Virus record (IMG/VR): IMGVR_UViG_3300037384_000074
Span: 20,112 to 84,111 of that record
DNA: 64,000 bases
Strand: one strand, 5' to 3'
Source: a virus
Taxonomy: Duplodnaviria; Heunggongvirae; Uroviricota; Caudoviricetes
Shown: one piece after another, positions 10,363 through 20,294 of the stretch
Numbering within the stretch: the first letter of the stretch is position 1
Layout of the letters: every line of letters starts with the position of its first letter
Notes under the pieces: generated by a model
Seen by the model: only the letters and a program-made list of their open reading frames with translations
Told to the model about the DNA's origin: nothing
The model's database searches: none
Position numbers and translations under genes: made by a program

Positions 10363-10731
10363 GTGTCAACTGATGACGAAGAAGAAACAAATGTCTACCA
10401 GTTCCCTGATTTGCTAACAGAAGAGCGCAAATTTAACGCAAATTCGGCCAGGAATTTTCTGGAAATGACTAAGAAGGAATTTGTCGAAGAGGCGGCAGAT
10501 TCGATCTACGAGGAAACAATCCATCATCTCAAACAGTTTGGATTTTATAACGGCATCGGCAAGTACGACGGACGTGATCTGCACTTGATCAAAGAGATGT
10601 TAACTAGTATTATGTATCGTCATTATGGCTTCGAGCATTTCTTGCATAACATCGTTGAACAGCTTATGCCATACGAACTTGAAGATTCCGAAAAAACTGA
10701 GCCTGAGCCTGAGCCTGCTCTACAAGATTGA
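10363..10731 (+). CDS. acidic hypothetical protein
   Basis: GTG start with AAGAGG RBS; D/E-rich termini. Confidence 0.45.
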   Translation: MSTDDEEETNVYQFPDLLTEERKFNANSARNFLEMTKKEFVEEAADSIYEETIHHLKQFGFYNGIGKYDGRDLHLIKEMLTSIMYRHYGFEHFLHNIVEQLMPYELEDSEKTEPEPEPALQD

Positions 10732-10740
10732 GAATATCAT

Positions 10741-11595
10741 TTGATTTTAGTCGATTATAGCCAGATCTCGACTGCAGCATTTGCTGCAGCGGCACGAGAA
10801 GCGTCGTACGATATTCAGCTTGAAGTTGAGCTCGAACAGGTACGGCATATGATTCTGAACTCCATTAGGTTGATCAATTCAACATACTCCCATGAATATG
10901 GAGAGGTTGTGATTGCTGCAGATATGCCTAATTCGTGGAGAAAGCAGATCTTCCCTTATTATAAGGCGAATCGAAAGGCTGAGCATGACGCTCAGGATGT
11001 TATCGATTGGCCTAAGCTTCGCGAAGTATGTAAGACTGTACTAAGTGAAATGGAGCAATATCTTCCATACAGGGTTGTTCGAGTAGAAAACTCTGAAGCT
11101 GACGATATCATCGGAGTTCTAGCTCGAAAGGCAAGTGACGAAGGTGAATTGACTCTGATCCTATCAGGAGATAAGGATTTCGTGCAGCTTCAGGCTGATA
11201 CAATCTGGATTAAGCAGTATTGCCCGCGCAGATCAGTATTTCTAGGTCATCAAGAACCCAAGCGACTGCTCTTTGAGCACGTATGTAAGGGTGATAGGGG
11301 TGACGGCATTCCTAACATACTGTCTCCAGCCGATTCGCTAGTAGCAAAGATCCGTCAGAAGCCTGTCAGACAGACAAAGCTAGATCTTTGGTGGGAAGAT
11401 CCTTCAGAGATCAAAGATCTTCCACGATTCAGAGAAAATATCCGCCTGATCGACTTAAAGAAAACGCCTAAAGGACTGCAGGAAGAAATCACAAATAAAT
11501 TTGACACCTTTCAGGTCGCAGATCGCCGTGATCTACTCAATTACTTTGTGAAATTCAAGCTTCCTAAGCTTGCCAAGCAGATCAATGATTTCTAA
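10741..11595 (+). CDS. rnh: RNase H / 5'-3' flap exonuclease (T4 rnh-like, FEN family)
   Basis: N-terminus MILVDYSQIS resembles T4 RNase H ICLIDFSQIA; YYKANRKA matches the FEN YK.NR motif; acidic clusters; TTG start. Confidence 0.8.
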   Translation: MILVDYSQISTAAFAAAAREASYDIQLEVELEQVRHMILNSIRLINSTYSHEYGEVVIAADMPNSWRKQIFPYYKANRKAEHDAQDVIDWPKLREVCKTVLSEMEQYLPYRVVRVENSEADDIIGVLARKASDEGELTLILSGDKDFVQLQADTIWIKQYCPRRSVFLGHQEPKRLLFEHVCKGDRGDGIPNILSPADSLVAKIRQKPVRQTKLDLWWEDPSEIKDLPRFRENIRLIDLKKTPKGLQEEITNKFDTFQVADRRDLLNYFVKFKLPKLAKQINDF

Positions 11596-11621
11596 ATACC
11601 CCATGAGCTTTTGGAGACTTA

Positions 11622-12050
11622 ATGATGTTACGTGAAACTGCCTTTGCCACGCTATCCCGTGTAGCGAAGATTAATGACCGAGATGAACGGGCCGCTGAAC
11701 TTCGGCGGGTATGTCGAGAACGCCCTGCTATCGCAATGTACATTCAGTATGTGTATCACCCGAATGTAGCATTTGACCTTCCCAAGGGAAAGATTGAATA
11801 TCAGCGGTCAGGTGAAGACCAGTACGGGATGTTCTATTCGCAGGTTCGCAAGCTGAAGAATTTCTTCACGACCTCGCCCGTTTCAAAGGAACGGAAGCTA
11901 GAAAATTTCATTGTCCTTCTAGAGACTGTCACGGGATCAGACTCCGATCTATTGATTGCTGCAAAGGATAAGTCGCTGCCTTGGAATAGAATGGGTCGAC
12001 AGTTTTGCGTAGAAGCTCTTCCAGAGTTATTTCCGCAGGAAGCTAGTTGA
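11622..12050 (+). CDS. hypothetical protein
   Basis: 142-aa ORF. Confidence 0.45.
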   Translation: MMLRETAFATLSRVAKINDRDERAAELRRVCRERPAIAMYIQYVYHPNVAFDLPKGKIEYQRSGEDQYGMFYSQVRKLKNFFTTSPVSKERKLENFIVLLETVTGSDSDLLIAAKDKSLPWNRMGRQFCVEALPELFPQEAS

Positions 12051-12277
12051 TGCCAATTTACACATTTGAACATCGTGAAACTGGCGAGCAGAAGACTGAA
12101 TGGATGTCGGATGCAGAACGAGTTGTCTATCTTAAGGACAACCCCCAGTTGATGCAAATTATTGTTAACGCCAATGGATTTATTGGCGGAATCAATCAAA
12201 AGCCCGATGATGGGTTTAGGGATATCTTGCGAGAGATTAAGAGAGTCAATCCAAGAAATACCATTGATACGATGTAA
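12047..12277 (+). CDS. hypothetical protein
   Basis: 76-aa ORF with ATGA overlap. Confidence 0.4.
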   Translation: MMPIYTFEHRETGEQKTEWMSDAERVVYLKDNPQLMQIIVNANGFIGGINQKPDDGFRDILREIKRVNPRNTIDTM

Positions 12278-12291
12278 CCAAGGAGCATAAA

Positions 12292-13095
12292 TTGGATCGT
12301 ACCCGAGTAACAAAGAAGCGTGTAAAGACTAGTGAAGACAAGTCTCAGAAGCCAAATACCTCATTACGATTGAATCAAATAACGCCGCTGACATCTGTTC
12401 AGTCGGCGTTTTTTAATGTCTATAATGAGTACGATGTACTGTCGTTGACAGGATCTCCAGGTACTGGCAAGTCTTTCCTAGCTTTATTCAAGGCTCTCGA
12501 AGATTTTGAAGCTGGCGAACAATACCAGAAAATCGTTATTGTTAGAAGCTCAGTTTCTGGACGAGCTATGGGGTTTTTGCCTGGTAGTAGCAAAGAAAAG
12601 ATGGAAGTTTTCGAAGCTCCGTACATTTCAATTGTTAACGAATTGTATGGTAGAGGTGATGCATACTCGATTCTGAAGAATAAGGGTATAATCGAGTTCA
12701 TTTCATCATCATTCTTGCGTGGAACCACGTGGAACAACATGATCGTCATTGTTGATGAGTGCCAGAATATGTCTTACCAGGAACTTTCCACAATTCTTAC
12801 AAGGTTCGGTAGCAATTGTAAGCTAATACTTTGTGGTGATGTCAATCAAGATGATCTCACAAGCGAGAGATACAACGAAACTTCAGGATATGCTAAAATT
12901 CTTGAGATTCTTCAAGGGGTTAAACGTGCATATTCTCTAACATTCGGTGTTGACGACATTGTACGTAGTGGTTTCGTAAAAGACTTCATTATTGCAGCTA
13001 ATCGGTATGAGAAGAGGGCCAAGAGATCTCTAAATCGTCAGGGCAATGATCAAATAATTGTTACTTCACTTCAATTATTAGATCCAGTCGCTTAA
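12292..13095 (+). CDS. phoH: PhoH-like ATPase
   Basis: Walker A LTGSPGTGKS and Walker B IVIVDECQNM; about 267 aa; a common phage auxiliary gene. Confidence 0.8.
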   Translation: MDRTRVTKKRVKTSEDKSQKPNTSLRLNQITPLTSVQSAFFNVYNEYDVLSLTGSPGTGKSFLALFKALEDFEAGEQYQKIVIVRSSVSGRAMGFLPGSSKEKMEVFEAPYISIVNELYGRGDAYSILKNKGIIEFISSSFLRGTTWNNMIVIVDECQNMSYQELSTILTRFGSNCKLILCGDVNQDDLTSERYNETSGYAKILEILQGVKRAYSLTFGVDDIVRSGFVKDFIIAANRYEKRAKRSLNRQGNDQIIVTSLQLLDPVA

Positions 13096-13157
13096 AAAGA
13101 CTTGCATATCTGTTGAAACGAAGGTATACTCCATGAGTTGAGTAAGTGGAGTGCGTC

Positions 13158-13319
13158 ATGAAGTATAAGCAGATTTCAATTACGAAGGATGATCCCAAGT
13201 CCAAGATTCTTGGAGAAAGCATCTCAGTTTTTCTTGAACCGCGACAAGCGTCGGTTTACATCGGCCTGATTAAGTCAACATGGCCTGAAACAACAATCTC
13301 AACTCGTTTTCCAGCGTGA
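13158..13319 (+). CDS. small hypothetical protein (53 aa)
   Basis: Short ORF between phoH and the terminator; below the 60-aa track cutoff. Confidence 0.25.
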   Translation: MKYKQISITKDDPKSKILGESISVFLEPRQASVYIGLIKSTWPETTISTRFPA

Positions 13320-13337
13320 ATTGAGTATAATACACAA

Positions 13338-13368
13338 ATAACGGGCAAAAGTTGCCCGTTATTTCTAT
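13338..13368 (+). terminator. rho-independent terminator
   Basis: ACGGGCAA-aag-TTGCCCGT hairpin followed by TATTTCTATT. Confidence 0.6.
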
Positions 13369-13371
13369 TAC

Positions 13372-14901
13372 ATGGGTAGCATGGATACATTTTATACGTA
13401 TGTCGGTCAGCATTGGGATGATATCTTAGTGTCTGGGTATGAAAACGGCATCAAATTTAATCGCAAAGTCAAGTATACTCCTTATCTTTTCGTACCAGGC
13501 AATGGCGAATTCAAGACTGTTGACGGTAAGAATCTCTCACGGATTGACTTCGATTCGATCAAAGAAGCTCGTGAATTTGCAAAACAATACGATGAGATCG
13601 CTAATTTTAAGATTTACGGTCTTTCAAACTATCCTTACGTGTATCTCTATGAGAAATACCGTAAACTTAGTGTAGATGCTAAGAAGATTCGAGTTGGTAA
13701 TCTCGATATTGAGACTGATTCACAGGATGGGTATGGCAATATCCAGTTGGCTGATAGAGCCATTGTATCAATTACAATTAAGGTACTCCGCGAAAAGGAA
13801 ATTTTCGTACTCGGGCTCAAGCCATACCAGACGGAAGAGCCTGAATTGCTCGATATGATCACCAAAGGCTACAAGATCAAGTATGTTGAGTGTGTAAATG
13901 AAGCAATGCTGTTGCGTCGTTTCATCAAGATATGGCAGCATTTAGAGCTCGACGCCACGATGGGGTGGAACTCTAAAATGTTCGATATTCCATATATTAT
14001 CAAGCGGATTAAGCAGACCCTTACAGAAAAGGATGCTCTTGAACTGTCGCCTTTCAATCGAATTGACAAGGGCGAAGTCACTATGTATGGAAGAGTGAAC
14101 GATGTGTTCACTATTTGTGGCGTTCCTCACCTTGATTACATTGAGGTATACCAAAAGTTCTCCACGCCTGCGAACGGTAGAGAGGAGTCATATACTCTTA
14201 ACTATATCTCAGGTAAGATTTTGAAAGCAACTAAGCTCGATTATTCTGAGTATAGAACGCTTGCTGCACTATATAATCAGAATTTCAACAAGTTCATCGA
14301 CTACAATATCATCGACGTTCTACGTGTTGAGCAGCTTGAAGAGTACCTAAAATATCTTGAACTAGTGTTCACGATTGCGTATTTTGCAGGCATCAATTAT
14401 GAAGATACGTTTGGAACGATTCGACCTTGGGATATTATGATCCATAATTACCTTATGGATCGCGGGATTGCAATTCCCACAAAGGTTAGAAACACCAAAG
14501 AACGTCAGATCGCAGGTGGACATGTTAAGGATCCACATGTTGGCCGCCATGAACATGTAATTTCATTCGATTTTACAAGCCTCTATCCGATGTTGATTCA
14601 ATCTTTCAATATTTCTCCTGAGACTCTTCTAGGGTCTTTCGACCCAGTTGTTGGTGATTATTCAGTTGATAAGATCCTTTCAGGTATAATGTCACAGTAT
14701 GTTGACGAGATGGTCGAAAATAACGTGGCTATTACGGGTAAGGGAACTGTTTTTTCACGAGATAAACAAGGATTCATGCCGGCTTTGATGCAAGAGTTAT
14801 TTGCCGAACGTAAGCGATATACTGCGATCGAAGAGGCGGCAGATGCTAAGTTAGCTCCGGTGATGACTGAAATTGAGCGTAGAGGAATTAAGACGAAGTG
14901 A
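13372..14901 (+). CDS. DNA polymerase family B, N-terminal portion (exonuclease domain + motif A), gp43-like
   Basis: FDFTSLYPMLIQSFNISPETL equals pol-B motif A and aligns with T4 gp43 FDLTSLYPSIIRQVNISPETI. The ORF ends with ...IKTK immediately before motif B. Confidence 0.85.
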   Translation: MGSMDTFYTYVGQHWDDILVSGYENGIKFNRKVKYTPYLFVPGNGEFKTVDGKNLSRIDFDSIKEAREFAKQYDEIANFKIYGLSNYPYVYLYEKYRKLSVDAKKIRVGNLDIETDSQDGYGNIQLADRAIVSITIKVLREKEIFVLGLKPYQTEEPELLDMITKGYKIKYVECVNEAMLLRRFIKIWQHLELDATMGWNSKMFDIPYIIKRIKQTLTEKDALELSPFNRIDKGEVTMYGRVNDVFTICGVPHLDYIEVYQKFSTPANGREESYTLNYISGKILKATKLDYSEYRTLAALYNQNFNKFIDYNIIDVLRVEQLEEYLKYLELVFTIAYFAGINYEDTFGTIRPWDIMIHNYLMDRGIAIPTKVRNTKERQIAGGHVKDPHVGRHEHVISFDFTSLYPMLIQSFNISPETLLGSFDPVVGDYSVDKILSGIMSQYVDEMVENNVAITGKGTVFSRDKQGFMPALMQELFAERKRYTAIEEAADAKLAPVMTEIERRGIKTK

Positions 14902-14920
14902 CAATTAAGCTAAATAGAGG

Positions 14921-15697
14921 ATGAAACCAAACAGTAAAAAACAGTATATTCAAGAATTGGCCCCAATAATCCAGAACCTCTTAGATTCTGGACTCTCACT
15001 AAGTGAGGGTTGTACTAAACTGGGATTAATATACCACGCGACCTACGCTTTGTTAAAACGTCATACTAATTTAGTAATATCTACTAAGACTAACGGTAAA
15101 AGTGCATCAACATTAAAGGCCTTTCAAAATAAGATCAAAATTCCTGATTCCGAATTAGAAACGATAAAAGATCTATATTTCAATGAAATGATGTGTTTGA
15201 GCGCAATAGGTAAACGTTATAATACAACAGGTGCGACAATTATGTCTTTTATGAAAAGACATAATATCGTTAGACGAACTCATCTCGAAAACAAAATTCG
15301 AATGCTAGATCGACCTGAGTATAGAGCTCAACTAAAAGATTGGGGTGTTCAAGGATATCTAGCTAGACGAACTACACGAACTAAACCTGAACGATTGTTT
15401 GCAGAATTTCTTGAACGTAATAATATAAAATATGAAGAGCAATTTAGACGAGTAGGTAACAAGCACCCTTACGATTTTCGATTGAAAGACTACAATACGT
15501 TAGTTGAAATAGATGGACATTATTGGCACTCCAAACCTGAACAAAAACTGAAGGATGATATTCATACTAATGATGCAATTTCTAAAGGATTTTATGTGGT
15601 CCGTATTTGCACCAGTCAGTTAAAAAATGATAGTTTTAAAGTTATATTAGAGAGATTTTTGAATGAATGTGGATACTCTGTCGAATTTATCGAATGA
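14921..15697 (+). CDS. homing-endonuclease-like protein (Vsr/DUF559-type PD-(D/E)xK nuclease domain) inserted in the polymerase gene
   Basis: The C-terminus VEIDGHYWHSKPEQKLKDDIHTNDAISKGFYVVRI matches the DUF559/Vsr endonuclease pattern (E.DG..H ... D ... G..VvR). AGAGGA RBS. Different codon and amino-acid usage (K/N-rich) from its neighbours. Confidence 0.55.
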   Translation: MKPNSKKQYIQELAPIIQNLLDSGLSLSEGCTKLGLIYHATYALLKRHTNLVISTKTNGKSASTLKAFQNKIKIPDSELETIKDLYFNEMMCLSAIGKRYNTTGATIMSFMKRHNIVRRTHLENKIRMLDRPEYRAQLKDWGVQGYLARRTTRTKPERLFAEFLERNNIKYEEQFRRVGNKHPYDFRLKDYNTLVEIDGHYWHSKPEQKLKDDIHTNDAISKGFYVVRICTSQLKNDSFKVILERFLNECGYSVEFIE

Positions 15698-15813
15698 GGA
15701 ACTGACTAAACACCGTGATTCTCTCGAGCAAGAAGTGTTCCAGAATCATGGGTTTAGCAGCGCGATAAAGGTGTTACTTTAACGGGGGGTACGGCGCACT
15801 TTCGAACGAACAC

Positions 15814-16875
15814 ATGAGGTGGTATGCCGATGATCTAGCAGAGAGTATTACTCTTTCCGGCCAGCTCTCGGTTAAATGGGTAGAGCGTGACGTCAATTTG
15901 TTCCTCAACAACCTATTGAAGACCACTGATGTCGATTATATTGTTGCGATTGACACCGATTCTTGTTATGTGAAGGCTGACGCAGTTGTAAAACGCGCCT
16001 TCAAGGAAGAAACATACGATCAGGAAGAAGTCACTGTATTCCTTGAGAATTTTGCTGCAAAACTTGAACAGGTGATCGCTAACAGCCTTGAAGAACTATA
16101 TATATCAACCAATATCTTCGAGAAGAAGCTTCATATGAAGCTGGAAGCAATTGGTTCTGCTATTTGGACTTCCAAAAAGCACTATGTAATGGCTCTGAAG
16201 TCGTTCAAGGGAGTTCATCACTTCCCTCCAAAGATCAAGATGCAGGGAATCGAGGCAGTTAGATCATCAACGCCTAAGTTCTGCCGTGAGGCAATTAAGG
16301 AAGCTATTCCTAAGATCATTGAGGCAGATCGGGATTGGTTGAAAGCATTCATTGAAACCAAGCGTGAAGAGTTCTCCGAACTACCATTTGATCAAGTAGC
16401 ATCTCCTAGAGGTGTTAGTGATATCGACAAGTGGTTCGACAAGGACTCAATTTACATCAAGCGTACGCCGATCCAAGTGCGTGGAGCATTGCTATATAAT
16501 AACAAGGTAGCAACGACGAAGCTCAATTACGATCTTCCAATGATTCGTAGCGGTGACAAAATTCGATTCTGCTATATGAGACTACCAAATCCGTTAATGG
16601 AGAACGTGTTTGCTGTTCCGGATGAGATGCCAGAAGCGTTCCAATTGGATGACTACATCGATTATAGCAAGCAGTTCGATAAAACGTTCATGGAGCCAAT
16701 CAAGAATCTAATCAAAGCAGCAGGTATCGATATATCTGACAAGATCGACATCACTCAATTCTTCTCGGAGCCGCTTGCAGAGGAAGACCAGGATCCTACT
16801 GCAGGTCTCGATCTAATTGAAGACGATGGGTTCTGGGATAATACTGAAGAGGAAGATACAGTTTGGATAAACTAG
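15814..16875 (+). CDS. DNA polymerase family B, C-terminal portion (motif C + thumb). The motif B sequence is encoded in-frame upstream of this ATG, from 15769.
   Basis: YIVAIDTDSCYV is motif C (DTDS). The in-frame upstream codons 15769-15813 read RCYFNGGYGALSNEH, which matches T4 KILINSLYGALGNIH (motif B). Confidence 0.8.
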   Translation: MRWYADDLAESITLSGQLSVKWVERDVNLFLNNLLKTTDVDYIVAIDTDSCYVKADAVVKRAFKEETYDQEEVTVFLENFAAKLEQVIANSLEELYISTNIFEKKLHMKLEAIGSAIWTSKKHYVMALKSFKGVHHFPPKIKMQGIEAVRSSTPKFCREAIKEAIPKIIEADRDWLKAFIETKREEFSELPFDQVASPRGVSDIDKWFDKDSIYIKRTPIQVRGALLYNNKVATTKLNYDLPMIRSGDKIRFCYMRLPNPLMENVFAVPDEMPEAFQLDDYIDYSKQFDKTFMEPIKNLIKAAGIDISDKIDITQFFSEPLAEEDQDPTAGLDLIEDDGFWDNTEEEDTVWIN

Positions 16876-17183
16876 ACGAGAATGGCCCAACTATTGACTT
16901 TACCAGAAGTGAACTCAAGGATTTCGGGTTTACTTTTGAAGAAGACTTGAGTAATGTATCTGTTACTGAGCTAGAAGAATTGCAAGCTCTAGTCAAGAAG
17001 CAAGAAAAATCGCTTAAGGTTCATGATGCAGTCGCTAGAGAGTTAATCAAGCGAGTCATTTCATTTACCAATAATCTCAAGAGAAGTCCAGAAAAGCCTA
17101 CTATCAATTGGCCAAATAGAGTTGAGTCTATTGACAAGTGGGTAGCTGAGCTGCACGAAATTTACGCTAAGATCAAGGAATAA
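16863..17183 (+). CDS. hypothetical protein
   Basis: 106-aa ORF, TTG start overlapping the polymerase stop. Confidence 0.35.
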   Translation: MDKLDENGPTIDFTRSELKDFGFTFEEDLSNVSVTELEELQALVKKQEKSLKVHDAVARELIKRVISFTNNLKRSPEKPTINWPNRVESIDKWVAELHEIYAKIKE

Positions 17184-17185
17184 TA

Positions 17186-18259
17186 ATGTCTAATGAACTA
17201 ATGAAGCGTTTCAAGAACAATTCTACTCTTGAATACGCTGGAGTAATGTCCGGCTCTGATATCTTTAATACTCGTGATGAAGTAGCAACTCCGATTCTTG
17301 CACTGAATATTGCATATTCATCGAGAATTGATGGTGGTCTCGGCGCAGGTATTACCTTATGGGCAGGTCCATCCAAGCACTTTAAATCGATGTTCTGCCT
17401 AATTTCGGCTGCGTCATACTTGAAGAAGTATCCAGATGCAGTGTGTCTATTCTATGATAATGAGTTTGGTTCGCCGAAGGCCTACTTTGAATCTGTAGGA
17501 ATCGATCCAGACAGAGTCCTACATTCGCCATTCTTCACTTTGGAAGAGCTTCGTACTGATATCGTTAATCAGCTTAAGATGGTTAAGCGTGGCGATAAGG
17601 TAGTAATCGTTATTGATTCGCTTGGGCTTGCAGCTTCTGAGAAAGAAGTCAAGGATGCAGAGGATGGAAGCGAAAAGGCTGACATGACTCGTGCTAAGAT
17701 CAACAAGTCACTATTCCGTATCATCACTCCTCACCTTCGCATCAAGGATATCCCACTTCTAGCTGTAGCTCACGTGTATGATACGATTGAGATGTATTCT
17801 AAGAAGGTAGTTTCAGGTGGTTCTGGTCAGTATCTTGCCGCTGATAACATCTATATTATTGGTCGTCAGCAGGATAAGCAGGGTAAGGAACTTCTTGGTT
17901 ATGACTTTATTATCAATGTAGAAAAGAGTCGATATACGCGCGAGAAGTCGAAGATTCCTGTCAAGGTTTCTGCTGAAAATGGCATCGACAAGTGGACAGG
18001 TCTGTTTGATATGGCAATTCAGGCTGGTATCATCGAGCGTACTGGCAAGCGATATCATGTAATCGATACTCGGAGCGGTGAAGTTCTACGCGAATCCTTC
18101 TATCGAAAGGCAGTTGAGCGTTCCGGTGATTTCTGGCGAATGGTGTTCGAAGGAACAGCCTTCGAAGAATGGATCACTAATGAATACCGTGTAACGCACG
18201 GAGATATCATCTCCGATGTCAACGATGAAGATGAGATCGACCTCAATCTCGAGGATTGA
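17186..18259 (+). CDS. uvsX: UvsX recombinase (RecA-like)
   Basis: Near-colinear with T4 UvsX: GPSKHFKSMFCLISAASYLKKYPDAVCLFYDNEFG vs GPSKSFKSNFGLTMVSSYMRQYPDAVCLFYDSEFG; Walker A GPSKHFKS. Confidence 0.9.
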   Translation: MSNELMKRFKNNSTLEYAGVMSGSDIFNTRDEVATPILALNIAYSSRIDGGLGAGITLWAGPSKHFKSMFCLISAASYLKKYPDAVCLFYDNEFGSPKAYFESVGIDPDRVLHSPFFTLEELRTDIVNQLKMVKRGDKVVIVIDSLGLAASEKEVKDAEDGSEKADMTRAKINKSLFRIITPHLRIKDIPLLAVAHVYDTIEMYSKKVVSGGSGQYLAADNIYIIGRQQDKQGKELLGYDFIINVEKSRYTREKSKIPVKVSAENGIDKWTGLFDMAIQAGIIERTGKRYHVIDTRSGEVLRESFYRKAVERSGDFWRMVFEGTAFEEWITNEYRVTHGDIISDVNDEDEIDLNLED

Positions 18260-18264
18260 TCAGT

Positions 18265-19611
18265 ATGGAGAAGATGATCCTCTCCTCATTGCTGTTCAAT
18301 GAGGATTATACTCGTAAAGTGCTCCCCTATCTGAAGAAGGATTACTTTCATCAGATGGGGGATCAGGTTGTATATAAGCTGATTCGGGATCACTATGTCA
18401 AATACAACAAGTTGCCGAGTGCAGCTACACTCCAGGTTGATCTTGACAATAGTTCGTTAAAGGAAAATGCATATGATCAAGCAGTCACAGCGATTCAAGA
18501 TCTGTCGAACCCTCATGCAGAATTTGATTGGCTAGTTGATAACACAGAACTATTCTGTCAGAAGCAAGCATTCTATAACGCTCTATCGAAGGCCTCAGGC
18601 CTAATTGAGAGTGACACAGTAGATGATTATGGTCAGGCATTAGGTCTAGTTCAGGATGCTCTTGCGGTTACCTTTAATAATCACATTGGTCACGACTATT
18701 TTGAAGATGCTGAAGCTCGATTTCTAGCATACCATGAGAAGAAAGATCATCTTTCTTGTGATCTACAGATCTTTAACAAGGTCACAAAGGGCGGGTTCAG
18801 AGAGAAATCTCTAACTCTGTTCCTTGCGCCAACTGGCGTTGGTAAGTCGCTTGCTCTGTGTCATATGGCGAGCTCATTCTTGTCTATGGGTAAGAATGTT
18901 CTATATATCACGCTTGAAATGTCAGAAAAGCAGGTGGCTGAACGTATTGACGCCAATCTGCTCGACATTCCCTTTGAGCAGCTTGATAAAATTGAGCGTG
19001 GCGGGTTTATCGCACGTGTAAATCGTCTTCGCAAGAAGACTACAGGACAGTTAATTATCCACGAATACCCTGCTCATCAGGCTCATAGTGGACATTTTCG
19101 TCATCTAATCAACGAATTACGGATCAAGAAAGACTTTGTTCCTGACGTAATTGTAATTGACTATCTAGGAATTTGTGGTTCATCTACAACTTCTCGTAAT
19201 GATAATATGTTCGAGAAGGGCAAGCGGATTGCGGAAGAGATTCGCGCACTTGCACAGGAATTTAAGTGTAGAGCATTCTCTGCAGTGCAGGTCAATCGTG
19301 AAGGCACGAAGGCCGGAGATTTCAGTCTGACTGATATCGCTGAAAGTTGGGGCATTGCAAACACGGCCGACTATGCATACGGCATCGTGGCAACGGAAGA
19401 GCTTTTGAAGCTCAAGAAGTGGAAGATTCTACGTCTAAAGGATCGATACAACAACTATACGACCTATTATCCATCATTTATCATTGGAATTGACCACGAC
19501 AAGATGAGAATGTACGATATTGATAGTGATAATGACGATGAAGATAGTGATAACCCAGTGTTTGACAGTACATCGATTGGCGATCAGAGATTTATGGGCC
19601 TGATCTCATAA
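18265..19611 (+). CDS. replicative DNA helicase (T4 gp41 / DnaB-like)
   Basis: N-terminus MEKMILSSLLFNEDY vs T4 gp41 MVEIILSHLIFDQAY; Walker A FLAPTGVGKS; ITLEMSEKQVAERIDANLLD vs T4 ISMEMAEEVCAKRIDANMLD. Confidence 0.85.
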   Translation: MEKMILSSLLFNEDYTRKVLPYLKKDYFHQMGDQVVYKLIRDHYVKYNKLPSAATLQVDLDNSSLKENAYDQAVTAIQDLSNPHAEFDWLVDNTELFCQKQAFYNALSKASGLIESDTVDDYGQALGLVQDALAVTFNNHIGHDYFEDAEARFLAYHEKKDHLSCDLQIFNKVTKGGFREKSLTLFLAPTGVGKSLALCHMASSFLSMGKNVLYITLEMSEKQVAERIDANLLDIPFEQLDKIERGGFIARVNRLRKKTTGQLIIHEYPAHQAHSGHFRHLINELRIKKDFVPDVIVIDYLGICGSSTTSRNDNMFEKGKRIAEEIRALAQEFKCRAFSAVQVNREGTKAGDFSLTDIAESWGIANTADYAYGIVATEELLKLKKWKILRLKDRYNNYTTYYPSFIIGIDHDKMRMYDIDSDNDDEDSDNPVFDSTSIGDQRFMGLIS

Positions 19612-19632
19612 ATATGAGAAAGGAACACTCTG

Positions 19633-20004
19633 ATGCTTACAATTGCACTAGGCGCTTTCACTTGGATCAAGTCAAACATTAAATGGATTGTTATAGGACT
19701 ATGCGTCATTATGGCGTCCATTACGCTAAACAAACTATATAATATGGTTCTAGAGAATGGACAATATAGAATCCATGTTGAAGAACAGCAGAAAACTATC
19801 GCCAATAAGGACAATATTATTCGGAAACTCGAGCAAGATAAGCTAGATGTTCAGATTATATTGATGGATCGTGATGCGAAAGTCAAAGAGCTTGAGCTTC
19901 AGATGGATGGAATAACTGTTGATCTTGGTTCAGATGCAAACGATCAAGCGCCTGAAGCAATTAAAGAATTCTTCAGGCGCTTGAATAAAAGGTATGTAAA
20001 ATGA
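19633..20004 (+). CDS. inner-membrane spanin (i-spanin, Rz-like)
   Basis: N-terminal TM helix followed by a coiled-coil-prone periplasmic domain; directly upstream of a lipoprotein gene. Confidence 0.55.
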   Translation: MLTIALGAFTWIKSNIKWIVIGLCVIMASITLNKLYNMVLENGQYRIHVEEQQKTIANKDNIIRKLEQDKLDVQIILMDRDAKVKELELQMDGITVDLGSDANDQAPEAIKEFFRRLNKRYVK

Positions 20005-20294
20005 ACACGGCGTATAAGATTGCTGTTCTAGTCGCACTCGGTTCCGTTATGGCCGCATGCGCTAAACCTCCAGCGCCAGTAGTAATTGATCAGACGAGGA
20101 CTGTTGTAATTGCGCCTCCGGAAACTCTTTTGAAATGTCCTGAGTTGAAACAACTGCCTAATCCTGATACTCTAACAAATCAGCAGGCTGTGTCAGTTAT
20201 ATCTAAGCTGGTTGAAAATAACCAAACCTGTGCAATCAATATGGCTCAAATTAAAGCCTATGTAACCCGAGCTAAGGTCACTCATGCTGACTAG
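20001..20294 (+). CDS. outer-membrane spanin lipoprotein (o-spanin, Rz1-like)
   Basis: Signal peptide with lipobox VMAAC, proline-rich AKPPAPVVI segment, conserved Cys; ATGA overlap with the i-spanin gene. Confidence 0.6.
   Translation: MNTAYKIAVLVALGSVMAACAKPPAPVVIDQTRTVVIAPPETLLKCPELKQLPNPDTLTNQQAVSVISKLVENNQTCAINMAQIKAYVTRAKVTHAD

Noticed and set aside
14893-15816. Intein or group II intron as the interruption of the polymerase
   Set aside because: Part 1 ends in a stop codon, and the insert ORF is in a different frame, so protein splicing is excluded. No GUGYG...AY boundaries or domain-V-like sequence were seen. A compact group I-type or other intron remains possible (see findings).
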